From an uncultured Thermoplasmata archaeon (lineage in GTDB: Archaea; Thermoplasmatota; Thermoplasmata; Lutacidiplasmatales; UBA184), in assembly GCA_963715645.1 (NCBI GenBank), contig OY970259.1, positions 2,860 to 66,859 of the forward strand: a DNA stretch of 64,000 nt, read 5' to 3'. The notes beneath the pieces are model-generated. The model was not told the DNA's origin. It did no database searches and saw only the letters and a program-made list of their open reading frames with translations. Position 1 is the first letter of the stretch. Every line of letters begins with the position of its first letter. The position numbers and the translations under genes are program-made. This document shows positions 29,080-39,210 of this stretch, in pieces.

Positions 29080-30297
29080 TCACGCCCGGGGTGGGGGGAC
29101 CGGGTCCGGACGAGACGAGCTCCGGGGCGGTTCCAGGACATCGAGCAGGGAGGCGACCGCGCGATCCGGAGCATACCCTTGGACCGACTCCCAGCACCCG
29201 AGGGCGCGTGGTTCCGTTCGGGGCGTGTCGAGGAGCTTCCGGCACACCGCGAGGAGCTCTTCGTAAGATCGGAAGAAGTGCACCTCAGGGATGCCCCGAA
29301 GCTCGAGTCCGGGGCCCTGCTCCGGTCGCGTGATCACGGGGGTTCCGCACGCCAACGATTCGAAGGGGATCAGCCCGAGGGCTTCGTAATCGAACAGGAA
29401 GAGCGTCGCGGCGGCGGACTGGAGCAACCGGACCATCTCCGCCTCGGGAAGGAACCCCCGGTAGTCGATCCCGGGGACCGGCCGTGGGCCGTAGGCGACC
29501 AACGGCACCCCGTCAGCGCGGAGCCGTCGCACGACCTCGACGTCCGACGGGCTCAGGCTGGCGGTCGGAAGCGCGAGAAAGGGAGGGGCGGGCTGGCGGG
29601 TCCCTGGCCCCGGCAAGGTGAAGGTCCGGGTGTCCACGCACGCCAGGATCCCGTCGGGGCTCCACCCGTACAGGGCCTCCACGAGCACCGCGGTCCACTG
29701 GGAGATCACGAAGCGGAAATCGAAGCTGCGGAGCCGCTCCCGCTCGCTCCAGTGCATCGCGGCGTGAACCGCCACCAGCCCTTCCCGAGCGACGGGGTGG
29801 GAGCGCCGATGCCGCAGCAGATACACACCGTCGACCAAGTCGAAGAGGAGGACGCTCACCCGAGGGTGCGCGTTCGACCCCCTCCTCCAGCGCCGGACGT
29901 ACTCCGCCACCCAGTGGCCCTCGTTGCCGCAAACCAGGATGTGGTCGAACGGGCGCTCGCCGTGGGCCTGGAGAAGGGCCGCGGAGAGCTGTCGGTCGAG
30001 ACCCCGTCGGAACTGCCCGACCAGGAACCGAGACATCCGGCGCGGTCGGGGAGGGCGGGTGTGGACCGACCGTACCGGCACCCCCGGTGTCAGCCGGCGA
30101 GCGGTCTCGAGGCTCTCCGGGGTCGCCGACCAGGTGAAGATGCGCACGTCGTGGCTACGACCGAGCTCTGCGGCGATGGCCAGCGCGGCCCGATTGCCCA
30201 GGATCTCCTCGAGGAACGGGATCACGACCGCGAACCGGAGGCTGGCCCGGGGGGGTGCCGGCGGCGGGGGTGGCCCCTCCGGGGCGGGAGGGCTCAT
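29080..30297 (-). CDS. GT-B glycosyltransferase
   Basis: ATG 30297 overlaps the upstream stop (ATGA). C-terminal EALGLIPFESLACGTPVI. The longer ORF 29080-30630 is a GC-driven extension. Confidence 0.7.
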   Translation of the reverse strand: MSPPAPEGPPPPPAPPRASLRFAVVIPFLEEILGNRAALAIAAELGRSHDVRIFTWSATPESLETARRLTPGVPVRSVHTRPPRPRRMSRFLVGQFRRGLDRQLSAALLQAHGERPFDHILVCGNEGHWVAEYVRRWRRGSNAHPRVSVLLFDLVDGVYLLRHRRSHPVAREGLVAVHAAMHWSERERLRSFDFRFVISQWTAVLVEALYGWSPDGILACVDTRTFTLPGPGTRQPAPPFLALPTASLSPSDVEVVRRLRADGVPLVAYGPRPVPGIDYRGFLPEAEMVRLLQSAAATLFLFDYEALGLIPFESLACGTPVITRPEQGPGLELRGIPEVHFFRSYEELLAVCRKLLDTPRTEPRALGCWESVQGYAPDRAVASLLDVLEPPRSSSRPDPVPPPRA

Positions 30298-31598
30298 CCC
30301 GACTCTTGACGCTGCTCTACGTGATCGAGCCGATGCCGTTTGGCGAAGGATTCCGCGAACGAGGGAGCGCTCCTTCTTCCGCTCCATTGGGAGAGGAGCC
30401 GGCCATAATGCTGGAGGATCGCCGTGTCGACCCGGTCCGCGGCGGCCACCTCGGCCTTGGTGTCCCGCGTCGGGTCGGAGTGGCGCGGGCGACCGGTAAC
30501 GCACGTCCAGAGCGCCTGGAGGTGCTCCGCGAGCCCCCGGGCGGACGGGATTTCCCCCAGCAGGGTGAGCTGGCCGGGCTCGGCCCAATCGGGGGGCGAG
30601 GCCCTGGGAGAGACCAACAGCGAGGGGCATCCGGCCGAAAGCGCCTCGGCTACCGTGATGGGGAACCCTTCGTTCTCCGAGACCAAGACATACAGCGTCG
30701 CCTCCGAATACAGCCGCTTAAGCTCCACGTCGGTCACGTCGGTCATCAGATGGATCCGGTCCGAGCACCCGTCCTCGTGAGCGAGGCGGACGTACTCCGA
30801 GTGGTAGGGGCCGTTTCCCACCACGACCAGGTGCGTCGAGTCGGGGAGGTAGCGCATCGCCTCCAGGAGCAGGTCGAAGCGCTTGCGCCCGGACTGTTGG
30901 CCGACGGAGAGGAGGTAATGACTCCCGACCGAAGGCTCTCGGGCCGCCAAGGAGGCGCGTGCGGGTCCGGGGCCGCTCTCCCGGGGCCGGGCCGGAGCCG
31001 GAATCATGACCGAGAGCTTGCCCGGGAGCACGCCCTGTACCTGCAACTCCTCGGCTATCCCCCGGGAGGCGCAGAAGACGTGGGTAGCCGCCTTGACCGC
31101 AATCCGTTCCATGAGGTCGTTCCAAGCGAACCGGACGAGGCGGTCCACGATCCCCCGCCCCGAGCGGTGGGCGAAGAGCCCGTCGTGGAGGTAGTAGATG
31201 ATCGGCAGCCGGGGATGGCGAATCCGGAACAGAATGGTAGTCAGGCTCGCATTGCAGAGCACGGCTTGGGGCTTCTCCGCCGCGGCCACTCGCAGGCCCA
31301 TCATGGTCGAGTCCGCCAGCCGGACCAGCTGGTTCACCATGTACGTAAGCGCGATGGCCCGGGGTCGGCCGGCTTGGTAATCCAGCACGTCGCCCTGGGT
31401 CACCGGGACCAGCTTCACATGGGGCCCCGACGCCCCGTCGGGGGCGCCGACGAACCCGACCTCCAGGCCATCTCGGCCCAAGAGCTGGGCGTGTCGCAGG
31501 GCCAGCGTGTCCGCACCCCCCCGAGAGGGGCCGAAAACAGCGGATCCGCGTGAGACAACGAGCAGGTCCATTCGATGGCTAACCCCGTGACCCACCAT
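30294..31598 (-). CDS. GT-B glycosyltransferase (GT4-like)
   Basis: MDLLVVSRGSAVFGPSRGGADT and ENEGFPITVAEALSAGCP. The start is ATG 31598 or 31571; the track ORF extends to 31880. Confidence 0.8.
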   Translation of the reverse strand: MVGHGVSHRMDLLVVSRGSAVFGPSRGGADTLALRHAQLLGRDGLEVGFVGAPDGASGPHVKLVPVTQGDVLDYQAGRPRAIALTYMVNQLVRLADSTMMGLRVAAAEKPQAVLCNASLTTILFRIRHPRLPIIYYLHDGLFAHRSGRGIVDRLVRFAWNDLMERIAVKAATHVFCASRGIAEELQVQGVLPGKLSVMIPAPARPRESGPGPARASLAAREPSVGSHYLLSVGQQSGRKRFDLLLEAMRYLPDSTHLVVVGNGPYHSEYVRLAHEDGCSDRIHLMTDVTDVELKRLYSEATLYVLVSENEGFPITVAEALSAGCPSLLVSPRASPPDWAEPGQLTLLGEIPSARGLAEHLQALWTCVTGRPRHSDPTRDTKAEVAAADRVDTAILQHYGRLLSQWSGRRSAPSFAESFAKRHRLDHVEQRQESG

Positions 31599-31822
31599 AT
31601 AGAATCTCCTCCAACGAGGGCCTGCCTCTCCTTCGCACGGGCGGAGGGGCTCCCGAGCCGGTTTCGCCGGTAATCTTGCCGCCCCGGCCCGAGCGCACGG
31701 GAGCCGGCCGGCCGCAGGACGGCACGCCTCGGGCGGGCCATCGTCCCAGGAGGCCGGCCCTGTCGGTTCGAGGGCACCCTTCATCTGCCCACCCTCGCCT
31801 GAGGCCCCAGACGAGGGACGGC

Positions 31823-34800
31823 GTGAGGACCATCCGTGGATGGCGGGACCAGGTGACCCGCACGGGTGGCGAGCTTGCAAGGTTCGCGAACGCGCATCGG
31901 CTCTGGCTGGTCGCCATCCTGGGCTACGCGACCCTGGCCGTGGTGATGCTGCGCGGGGACTTTGGGGCGGGCAGTTCGGCCCTGCCGCAGGGGACCAACG
32001 CCCTCAACACGTACACGACGTACGCCTTCGAGCAACGTGAGGGCCTTACGACCTGGATGGCCCCCTACACCGACTGGGGACAGCCTCTCCCGTTCTACCC
32101 CGGCCTCGACCCGGCGAACCTGGCCGCCATCACGAACCTGCTCAGCCCGACCGTGTACATCCGGAGCGTCGAGTTCGTCGCGATCGTAGCCTCGGGTCTG
32201 TCGATGTGTTGGGCGGTCCAGCGCCTGGGTGGGCGGGAAGGCCCGACGCTGGTGGCGGGACTGTTCTATCTGCTCCTGGAGCAGACCCCGCAGTTTTTCG
32301 AGGGCCATGTCCCCGGCATGATCTGTCTGGCCCTGGCTCCGTTACTCTTCGTCCTCCTGTACCTGTTCTTTCAGCGACCGACGCTACGGGTCGGCGTGCC
32401 GCTGGCGGTGGTCCTCTTCCTGATGGGTACGATCGGGGACCTCGGTTACCTGTACAAGTTCCTCTTTTTCGCCATCCCGATCGCGGCGGTCCTGATCGTC
32501 CTGGCGGCCCGGAGGCTGCCCTATCGACGGCGGGAGTGGACCGCGTTCGGACTCAGCGCCTCCTTGCTCGCCATTCTGCTGGCCCCGTGGGCGGCCACGT
32601 ATCTGGCCGGAGTCCGCCCCGAGCTGACCACGGGCATCACGGCGACGTCGTTCCCCTTCTCGGACACGAGCGGGCTGAACCTCTACTACGCCGTCATCGG
32701 GTTCGGAGGAGACAACTCGTTCACGAACCACTACCTTCACTCCTTCAGCTACGCGTGGAACCTCTCGACGACCGGCGCCCTGTTCCTCGTCATCCCCATC
32801 GCCGTCGGGGTCTGGGCCGTGGGGTTTGGGAGCACGAAGGTCCGCTGGTTCTATCTGAGCGGCCTGCTCGCCCTGGTCCTATCTACCGGACAGAAGGTCC
32901 CGGGACTCATCCTCGTCAACCAGACGTTCTACAACTACGTACCGCTCTTCTCTACGGACACCGCTCTGTTTCACTGGAACGCCTACTATGTCCTCGTACT
33001 CTCCATCATGCTCGGACTGGCCCTCACCCGTGCCGTAAGGTGGCTGACGGGCCCGTACGCGCTCGACCGACCGTCCCCGGAGGCCGTATCGAGTCCGGAT
33101 GGGGTCTCTCGATCCACCTCCCCGGCCGGGCCGTGGCACCCCCAGCGCTGGGGTCGCCTTGCGACGGAGGGGATCCGGGCTCGACCCCGGGTGGCGTGGG
33201 TCCTGGCCGTCGTCGTGCTGGTCGGGGGTGCGGGCCTGCCCCTCGTCCAGAACTGGGAGGCGGTGAGCGCGCCCCCGACGCTCTTCGAGTTCCCGGCCTC
33301 CTACACCGCGGGGTTCCAGTACGTTGAGTCCCAGCCCGCCCGGGGGGCGGTGTTGAGCGTTCCGTTCGGGAACATCTATGAAGAGACCCCGTGGGGCGGG
33401 GTATCCTCGAGCTCCCAGCTGTTCGCCGGCATCCAGACCGGGCGGAACCTCGGGATCTTCGAGGCGGGCACGCCCTACGCCCTGGCTCTCGACCAGGTCA
33501 TCGGGGACGGTCTCGCGCGGGGGACTTCCAACAACCTCACCAAGTTCTGGAACGCCACGGGCGTCCAGTTCGCCGTCAGCACCCAGTACCCGGACTGGTC
33601 GTATACCGGCGACCCGGCGTACGACGCAGAGGATTCCTACACCGGCTTGCTGCACCAGGCCGGCCTCGGGGCGCCGGTATTCTCGAGAGGGTACCAGTCG
33701 GTCTACGAGGTTTCTCACCCGGCCGGCAACGTCAGCATCTTCCCACAGGTACTACGTCTACGACGGCGGGGAGTCCCTGCTCAACGAGATCCTCAACCAA
33801 CCCTGGTACAACGGCTCGCAGGCCCTGATCTGTTGGTGCGACGTAGGGAGCGCATCGGCGACCACCGTCCTGGGCCACGCCACCGCGTTCGTCGCGCCGC
33901 CGAGCGCGCTCGCTAACCTCTCCTCCGCCACGTGGCAGGAGCTCCGACTTGCCTCCACTCCCGTCTGGGCGGTTCTCAGCAACCCCGACTTCGCGCCGGC
34001 CACGATCGAGCAGTACATCAACCTGTGGAACGCGAGCAACGCCCGCGACCTCGGCTCCCGGTTTTCGGATACCCCGGCGGTCTCCCATCCCCTTCCCGCC
34101 GCCCTCGTATCGGCGGGCTACGGGAGCGCCGACCTCACGCTCCGGGCGTCCGGGCCCCCCGGCGCCTGGTTCACGATAAACTCCACCGGGGGACCCCCCC
34201 TCAACGGGACGGTGGGACCCGCCCTCACGCCCGTCCAGGACCTCGCCTACGACAACGGCTCGGTTGTCTCGGCCGGCTCCAACCCCCAGAGCAGTCTCCC
34301 CTCGAACGGGTCCCTGAGCTTCGTCAACTCGGACGGCACCCGGTACGTCGAGTGGACGCCGGGACCCAACAATTCGACCTACCTGGCCCTCGACTTCGCC
34401 TACCAGAACTTGACCGCGCTCACGGGCATCTCCTTCACCCTTCGGGGTCCTCCCCTCAACGCGTCCGCTCTCGAACTCCAGCTGGTGCTGCCCGTGATGA
34501 CGCTCACCGTTCCCGGCTACGTCTCGAACGTGTCGACCGCCGGGCCGTCCACGACCTACTCATTCTACTTCCCGGATGCCGTGGCTCCGACCTCGGCGAT
34601 CGTCGGCTTCAACCCGGCGAACATCTCGTCGTACCTGAAAGATGTCCGACGCTTCGCCCTGGTCCTCCCGGACACCGAGCAGCGCGACCAGTTTCTCTGG
34701 AGCAACCTGACCGGGTTCGCGAACCGCTCGGGTCTGTTCGACACGATCCCGGCCGGGACCCTCCCCGTCGAGCCGGGCGCTCCCTGGAAGATCGCGACCA

Positions 34801-35243
34801 GTCCCCTGGTGCGCATCGACACGATGTCCGCGCAAATGGGTCGCCTTCCGTCCCCCTCCGCGCCCCGGGAGGACATCTACGCCCCGCAAGCCGACGCGAG
34901 CGACGAGCAAGCGGCGGTGGCGACCGGCGGTTGGTACGTGGTCCAGCTCGCCCAGACCTATTCCTCTCCCTGGACCTTGATGGGGCCGGTGGGCTCGGCA
35001 GTCCACCTCGTCGTGAACGTCGGCTTGAACGGATGGCTGGTCAACGCGTCCGGGCCCGTCACCCTCCGCCTCGTGTACGCGGGAGACGCAGCCGCTCTGC
35101 TCGGCGATGCGTTGGAGGGCGTGGGACTCGTGGTCTTTGGGGTGGGAGTCGTCGTTTGGCGTCGATGGGGACGTCCGGCGCACGGGTTCGGCTTCCTTGG
35201 GCGGAAGGCCCGACCCTCTGGCGCCCGCGAAGGCGACCCCTGA
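31823..35243 (+). CDS. large polytopic membrane protein with a sequon-rich extracellular C-terminal domain (GT-C-like role is only a guess); one frame change near 33745
   Basis: ORF 31676-33916 has many TM helices in the first ~470 aa. It joins ORF 33378-35243 at ..AGNVSIFP / YYVYDGGESLLNEILNQPWYNG. The C-terminal half has many N-x-S/T sites and a terminal TM helix (LVVFGVGVVVW). No WWDYG-type AglB motif was seen. Confidence 0.6.
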
Positions 35244-36162
35244 GCGGCCGCCCCCGGGGAACTCCGTGACCGGCCCGGTCCTCCCGGCGGGGAGCGGCGG
35301 AGCCTACCGGGGGATTGAGATCGGCCCGAGGCGTCAGCTCCCCCGCGGCCGGAGGCGGGAAAGCGTCGATCGCCCGCCGGGCAGCGCGGTGGGGCCGGGA
35401 CCCGCCAACCCGTGGGCGGGGCCGGGGGGAGGGAGGAGGCCGGAGCGGCCTCGTACCCTGGCTATTTGGGGATGTCGACCTGGTATCGCACATCCCCGGG
35501 GGACGCCCGCGGAGGGTCTCGGTGATGGCGTGGACGGCATTCTTCAACCGAGCTGCCCAGACCATCCGCGCGGAGCTCACCCGACCTGGGGGCGACGTGG
35601 GGATGGTGGCCGTCCGGCGGTGCTCGACCATGGAGTAGAGCTCGAGCGTGGAAAGGTCGGACGACCTCGCGGTCGTCAACGGCTTCCGGGCGGCGAGGAA
35701 CACCCCGGGCTCCTGGAGGTCGGTCTCGACGCGCACCGCATCAAAGTCGGAGAACATCCTCTGCATGTCGGCGGGCTCGAATCTCCAGTAGTCGTGCGGG
35801 GCGGCGTGGAACGGGTAGCCGAGCGAGCGGGTGGTGAGGACGACCTTCCCGCCCGGCTTTAAGACCTGTTTGATGCCCGCGATCACCTTCCGCCAATCCC
35901 GAACGTGCTCCAACATCTCCGTCGAGAGCACGACATCGAACCGACCCGCCTCGAACCGGGACCCGAGCTCCTCGGCGCTGCAGACGAGGTCCACCCCCGG
36001 CCCGGGGTGGATGTCCACGGTCACGTACTCCGCCGGCTCCCATTCTCTTAAGAGCGGGCGCGCTCCAATCCCTCCGGCCCCGAGCTCGATAACCCGTCGG
36101 CCCTCGACGTCCCCGCGCTCGAGATGCCGGGCGACGAAGAGAATGCAGCTCTCGTTGCACAT
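35059..36162 (-). CDS. class I SAM-dependent methyltransferase (3' boundary uncertain)
   Basis: ATG 36162. Motif I RVIELGAGGIGARP, then FDVVLSTEMLEHV and LKPGGKVVLTT. The domain ends near 35640. The remaining ORF overlaps the convergent gene and may be a GC-driven extension. Confidence 0.65.
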   Translation of the reverse strand: MCNESCILFVARHLERGDVEGRRVIELGAGGIGARPLLREWEPAEYVTVDIHPGPGVDLVCSAEELGSRFEAGRFDVVLSTEMLEHVRDWRKVIAGIKQVLKPGGKVVLTTRSLGYPFHAAPHDYWRFEPADMQRMFSDFDAVRVETDLQEPGVFLAARKPLTTARSSDLSTLELYSMVEHRRTATIPTSPPGRVSSARMVWAARLKNAVHAITETLRGRPPGMCDTRSTSPNSQGTRPLRPPPSPRPRPRVGGSRPHRAARRAIDAFPPPAAGELTPRADLNPPVGSAAPRREDRAGHGVPRGRPLRGRLRGRQRVGPSAQGSRTRAPDVPIDAKRRLPPQRPRVPRPPTHRRAERLRLPRTRGGG

Positions 36163-36647
36163 GACCGGACCGGCCCGACGCACTTCGGGATTCGGATTCG
36201 GCAAGGGGCAGCCCCCGATGAACGTTGGGGGGGTTGCCGAGGGGCCTCGAAGGAGGCCCGCCCCGCGGGCCCGCTGCAAAGGCATCGACCGAACCGCGCG
36301 TTCGTGGCGGTGGGGAGCCCCCCATCGGGCCGACGCGGGTTCACCTCCTGCTGCGATCCTCCGGCGCCGGACCCCTCAGCGTACCCGGAGGATCCACCTT
36401 CCTACGTCCTGCCGGCGACGGGGAGAGGCTCCGAACCGGCTCCGGAGGGAGGAGCCCCGCCTCCCGGGGGGCTCTACCCGAAAACCGGCTGCTGCCCGGG
36501 ATCCGATTGCCTTGCACACAGACACAGGGGCCCGCACAGAAACTCGTTTCAGGCCAAGGCCGTCACTAGCGAGCTCCCCTTCGGTCAAGGCGGGTTGACC
36601 TGACCACTATAGCTGTTCAAGACCGCTGCCGTGGTCAAGGCCCGAGG

Positions 36648-37190
36648 ATGAAGAGCGAGCAGCTCCCGCCCCCCTCCTCAGCGACACCCTCCCAGACCCG
36701 GCATTGGAAGCGAATCGCCCTCATTCTGACCATCGGACTCGTCGTGCTTCTCTTCCTGCTCGTGGCAGTAGTGTGGCCCGAGCCGACTCGCAACGTCCAG
36801 CAAATGGGCGTCGTGTGGCACTCCTTGGAGTCAACGGGAGGGTACTATGTCATCGATAGCGGGGCTCTTGTCCCTCCTCCGAGCCGTTGCATCGGCACCT
36901 CGAGCTTCCTTTGCAGCGACATCTGGGTCGCTTTCAACTGGTCCAGCCAGGGCGGAGAGCCGCTCACCTTCGAGTTGTGGAGCAGCGGGAACATCCCCGT
37001 CTACGTCCTCGTGTATGAAGCGTCCAACCTGAGCTTCGGGGGGTACTCAGTGCACTGCGGTGCCCCGCCCCGCGACTGCGGGGAACCGTGGGAGATCATC
37101 ACCAACGCGACGTCGTCACAAGCGTGGAACCTCGATTGGGAGGAGTTCTACAACTATACCACGACCGAACCCGCGGGAAGCTGGCTCTGA
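36648..37190 (+). CDS. membrane-anchored, sequon-rich extracellular protein (hypothetical)
   Basis: Intact 180 aa. N-terminal TM helix IALILTIGLVVLLFLLVAVVW. Several N-x-S/T sites. Confidence 0.6.
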   Translation: MKSEQLPPPSSATPSQTRHWKRIALILTIGLVVLLFLLVAVVWPEPTRNVQQMGVVWHSLESTGGYYVIDSGALVPPPSRCIGTSSFLCSDIWVAFNWSSQGGEPLTFELWSSGNIPVYVLVYEASNLSFGGYSVHCGAPPRDCGEPWEIITNATSSQAWNLDWEEFYNYTTTEPAGSWL

Positions 37191-37328
37191 TTGGGATAGG
37201 ATTACCGCCCGCCATTCGGGGGAGATTAGGCCGCCCGGCCCACAAACTAGGTACCGCGGATCGGAACCCGGCGTCCCGCACAAAAGCTCGCGCAGAGAAA
37301 CTAGTATTCGTGCAAACCCGCTCCGGGG

Positions 37329-37348
37329 GAGGTTGTGTAAGAGTCGGT
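37329..37348 (+). repeat. left terminal inverted repeat of the cassette
   Basis: Read directly; see the mobile_element entry. Confidence 0.8.
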
Positions 37349-37890
37349 AAACTGTTCCTAAATCGAGTGACCACTGAGCAGACTGTGCCTAAACCGGAAA
37401 TCCGAGGGGCGTTCCGATGGCCCGGGCCTTGGTTGTGCCCACGGTGCCAGGAACCTGTGGAGGGGGGAGGCACCCAAGTGGAATCCAGTTGACGGAGGCT
37501 CATTGCGGTCCAAGTTCCGTGCTAAGACGAATCACGGAGACCCATGTGCGACGAGCGCGGGGTCCGGGTCGTGCCGGGTGCGACTTCGGACCGGCCGAAC
37601 ACCCGAGATGAGATTTGGCGTGACGTCGCATCACTGCGGCGCGCAGCGTTTGAGAGGGGAGCAAACAAATGAAGCGGATGCCTTCGAGAGGGTGGTCCAT
37701 GGGCCGAGCTTGCCGACCGGTCGTTGCACATTCCGACCCCATCTCACTCCGAAGATTACACCGTCGCTTGCACAGGTAGCAGTCAGGTCGGTACGGGGGT
37801 TGTCGTAGACGTATGGGCGTTCTAATCTCGGGCCGGTCGGGGGTTTACCCGTAACCCGAACCGAACGGTTCGCCCCGGGTCTATCGAGCA

Positions 37891-38796
37891 ATGGACTACT
37901 CTGCGGGCTCGAAGCCCACCACCGGAAGGACGAGAGGAGCACGACGACGGCTGGCCTGGGTGCCTGCAGCGGCTGCGGTGGGGGTCGCGGTTGTGTTCGT
38001 TCTGCTCACGCTCAACCCAGAAGTCCTGTTTCCCCAGAGCCGCGTCGAGTGCAGCCTCGGAACAGTGGAAGGGAATGTCTCGGCATGGAAACCCACTACT
38101 ATCGCTGCCGCGCCGTATCTGGGAACCGTCGAGGGCAAGCTCATCCAGAACGCTTTGGAAACTTATGGTCGGTCCGCCATTCTGTTACCGATTGATGATC
38201 ATGATGGAAACGCAACCGCCTACTTCGCCAATCCATACAACTGGACGGTCGTCGCCGCTTCGAACATCACGGTAGCAGGAGCTGGCTCCCCTTCGCCCTG
38301 CCTCGGACCCCTCGAAGCGTTGCTCACGTCGAACCCGTCGGTCCCCGGTGGAGCTTCGAAGCAGCCACTGGCGACGGGGCAGGTCTCCGACACAGAACTC
38401 CCCGGGAGTTTCAATGCGACCTACATGTGTGCGGTCATTGACCACCTGCCGTCGAACTGTGCCGGCACCACGTTTTGGAACGTCAACTATTCCGGAGCCC
38501 AGGGGGTAGTCACGACATGCGGCAACGCACAAAATCAGTCCTTGGAGACTTACGGTCCCGCCCTCCCGGCTACCGTCGACTTTGCTGTCTCGGGACGTAA
38601 CGTCACCGTCCCCGTGGCCCCCGGCCAAGAGTACCTGGTTTCCGGCTCAGAGGGCAGTTTCGTCCCTCTGTCCACTCAGGTCTGGTTGAATTACACCTTC
38701 CCCGCAAACACCGGGACATGGAGCTACGCCCGCATGCCAGGCTACCCTCCGGATCAGGGAGGCTTGGTTTTCGCCTATTCGTCATGTTCCGGATAG
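37891..38796 (+). CDS. membrane-anchored, sequon-rich extracellular protein (hypothetical; cassette passenger)
   Basis: Intact 301 aa. Basic N-terminus followed by TM helix AAAAVGVAVVFVLLTL. At least 10 N-x-S/T sites and several Cys. Confidence 0.65.
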   Translation: MDYSAGSKPTTGRTRGARRRLAWVPAAAAVGVAVVFVLLTLNPEVLFPQSRVECSLGTVEGNVSAWKPTTIAAAPYLGTVEGKLIQNALETYGRSAILLPIDDHDGNATAYFANPYNWTVVAASNITVAGAGSPSPCLGPLEALLTSNPSVPGGASKQPLATGQVSDTELPGSFNATYMCAVIDHLPSNCAGTTFWNVNYSGAQGVVTTCGNAQNQSLETYGPALPATVDFAVSGRNVTVPVAPGQEYLVSGSEGSFVPLSTQVWLNYTFPANTGTWSYARMPGYPPDQGGLVFAYSSCSG

Positions 38797-39005
38797 TTCG
38801 CCTTCGACCGCACCGCCTTACATGGACCTTCAGAGTGCTCACAAAGGGGCTGGCTGCGTGAGGGGGGCGGGCCCGGGAGCACATTGGACCGAGCGCCCAC
38901 CCGCGCCGGCACCCCAAGAAGTCAGAGCCAATCTCGCGGTCCATCCGTCGCTGTTCCTAAATCACTTGGACCGCGGACCCACTGTTCCGCAATCGACCCT
39001 CTCCG

Positions 39006-39025
39006 ACTGATTCTTACACAACCTC
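39006..39025 (-). repeat. right terminal inverted repeat of the cassette
   Basis: The reverse complement is GAGGTTGTGTAAGAATCAGT. Confidence 0.8.
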
Positions 39026-39210
39026 GCTCCGGGGCAAAGGTTTACGTAACAAGAATCCTCGGAGGGATGCGGCCCTTGGGCCAGGAGGTTCCCGGAATGA
39101 CCGAGAGTGTGGTTCGAATTGTGTCGCCGGGAACCGGGTAGCCGCTCGACCTCCCGGCGCGGTGGCGCCTCCGAGAGACCGCCCCTCGCACCGTCCAAGA
39201 AGACCGCAAG

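Larger units (their letters stand above)
37329..39025. mobile_element. transposase-less insertion cassette (MIC/MITE-like) carrying one passenger gene
   Basis: Terminal inverted repeats are GAGGTTGTGTAAGAGTCGGT (37329-37348) and ACTGATTCTTACACAACCTC (39006-39025). The outermost 14 nt match perfectly and 18/20 match overall. They are flanked directly by the 9-bp direct repeat GCTCCGGGG (37320-37328 and 39026-39034). No transposase-like ORF lies inside. Confidence 0.75.

Noticed and set aside
36533-37309. Imperfect ~18-nt direct repeat (CGCACAGAAACTCGTTTC at 36533-36550 and CGCAGAGAAACTAGTATTC at 37291-37309) flanking gene 36648-37190, considered as a second cassette.
   Set aside because: Only about 15/18 positions match with one indel. 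There are no inverted termini or target duplication. It is too weak to call without statistics.
37380-37760. Possible RNase P RNA in the cassette leader. GGAAATCCGAGG resembles CR-I GGAAAGUCC, GGTGCCAGGAACC resembles GGUGCCAGGUAAC, and CCGAGCTTGCC resembles CCGGCUUA.
   Set aside because: The two segments that should pair to form helix P4 are same-sense (both contain CCGAG) rather than complementary. The ACAGAA element is absent. The resemblance is probably fortuitous; only an Infernal scan could revive it.
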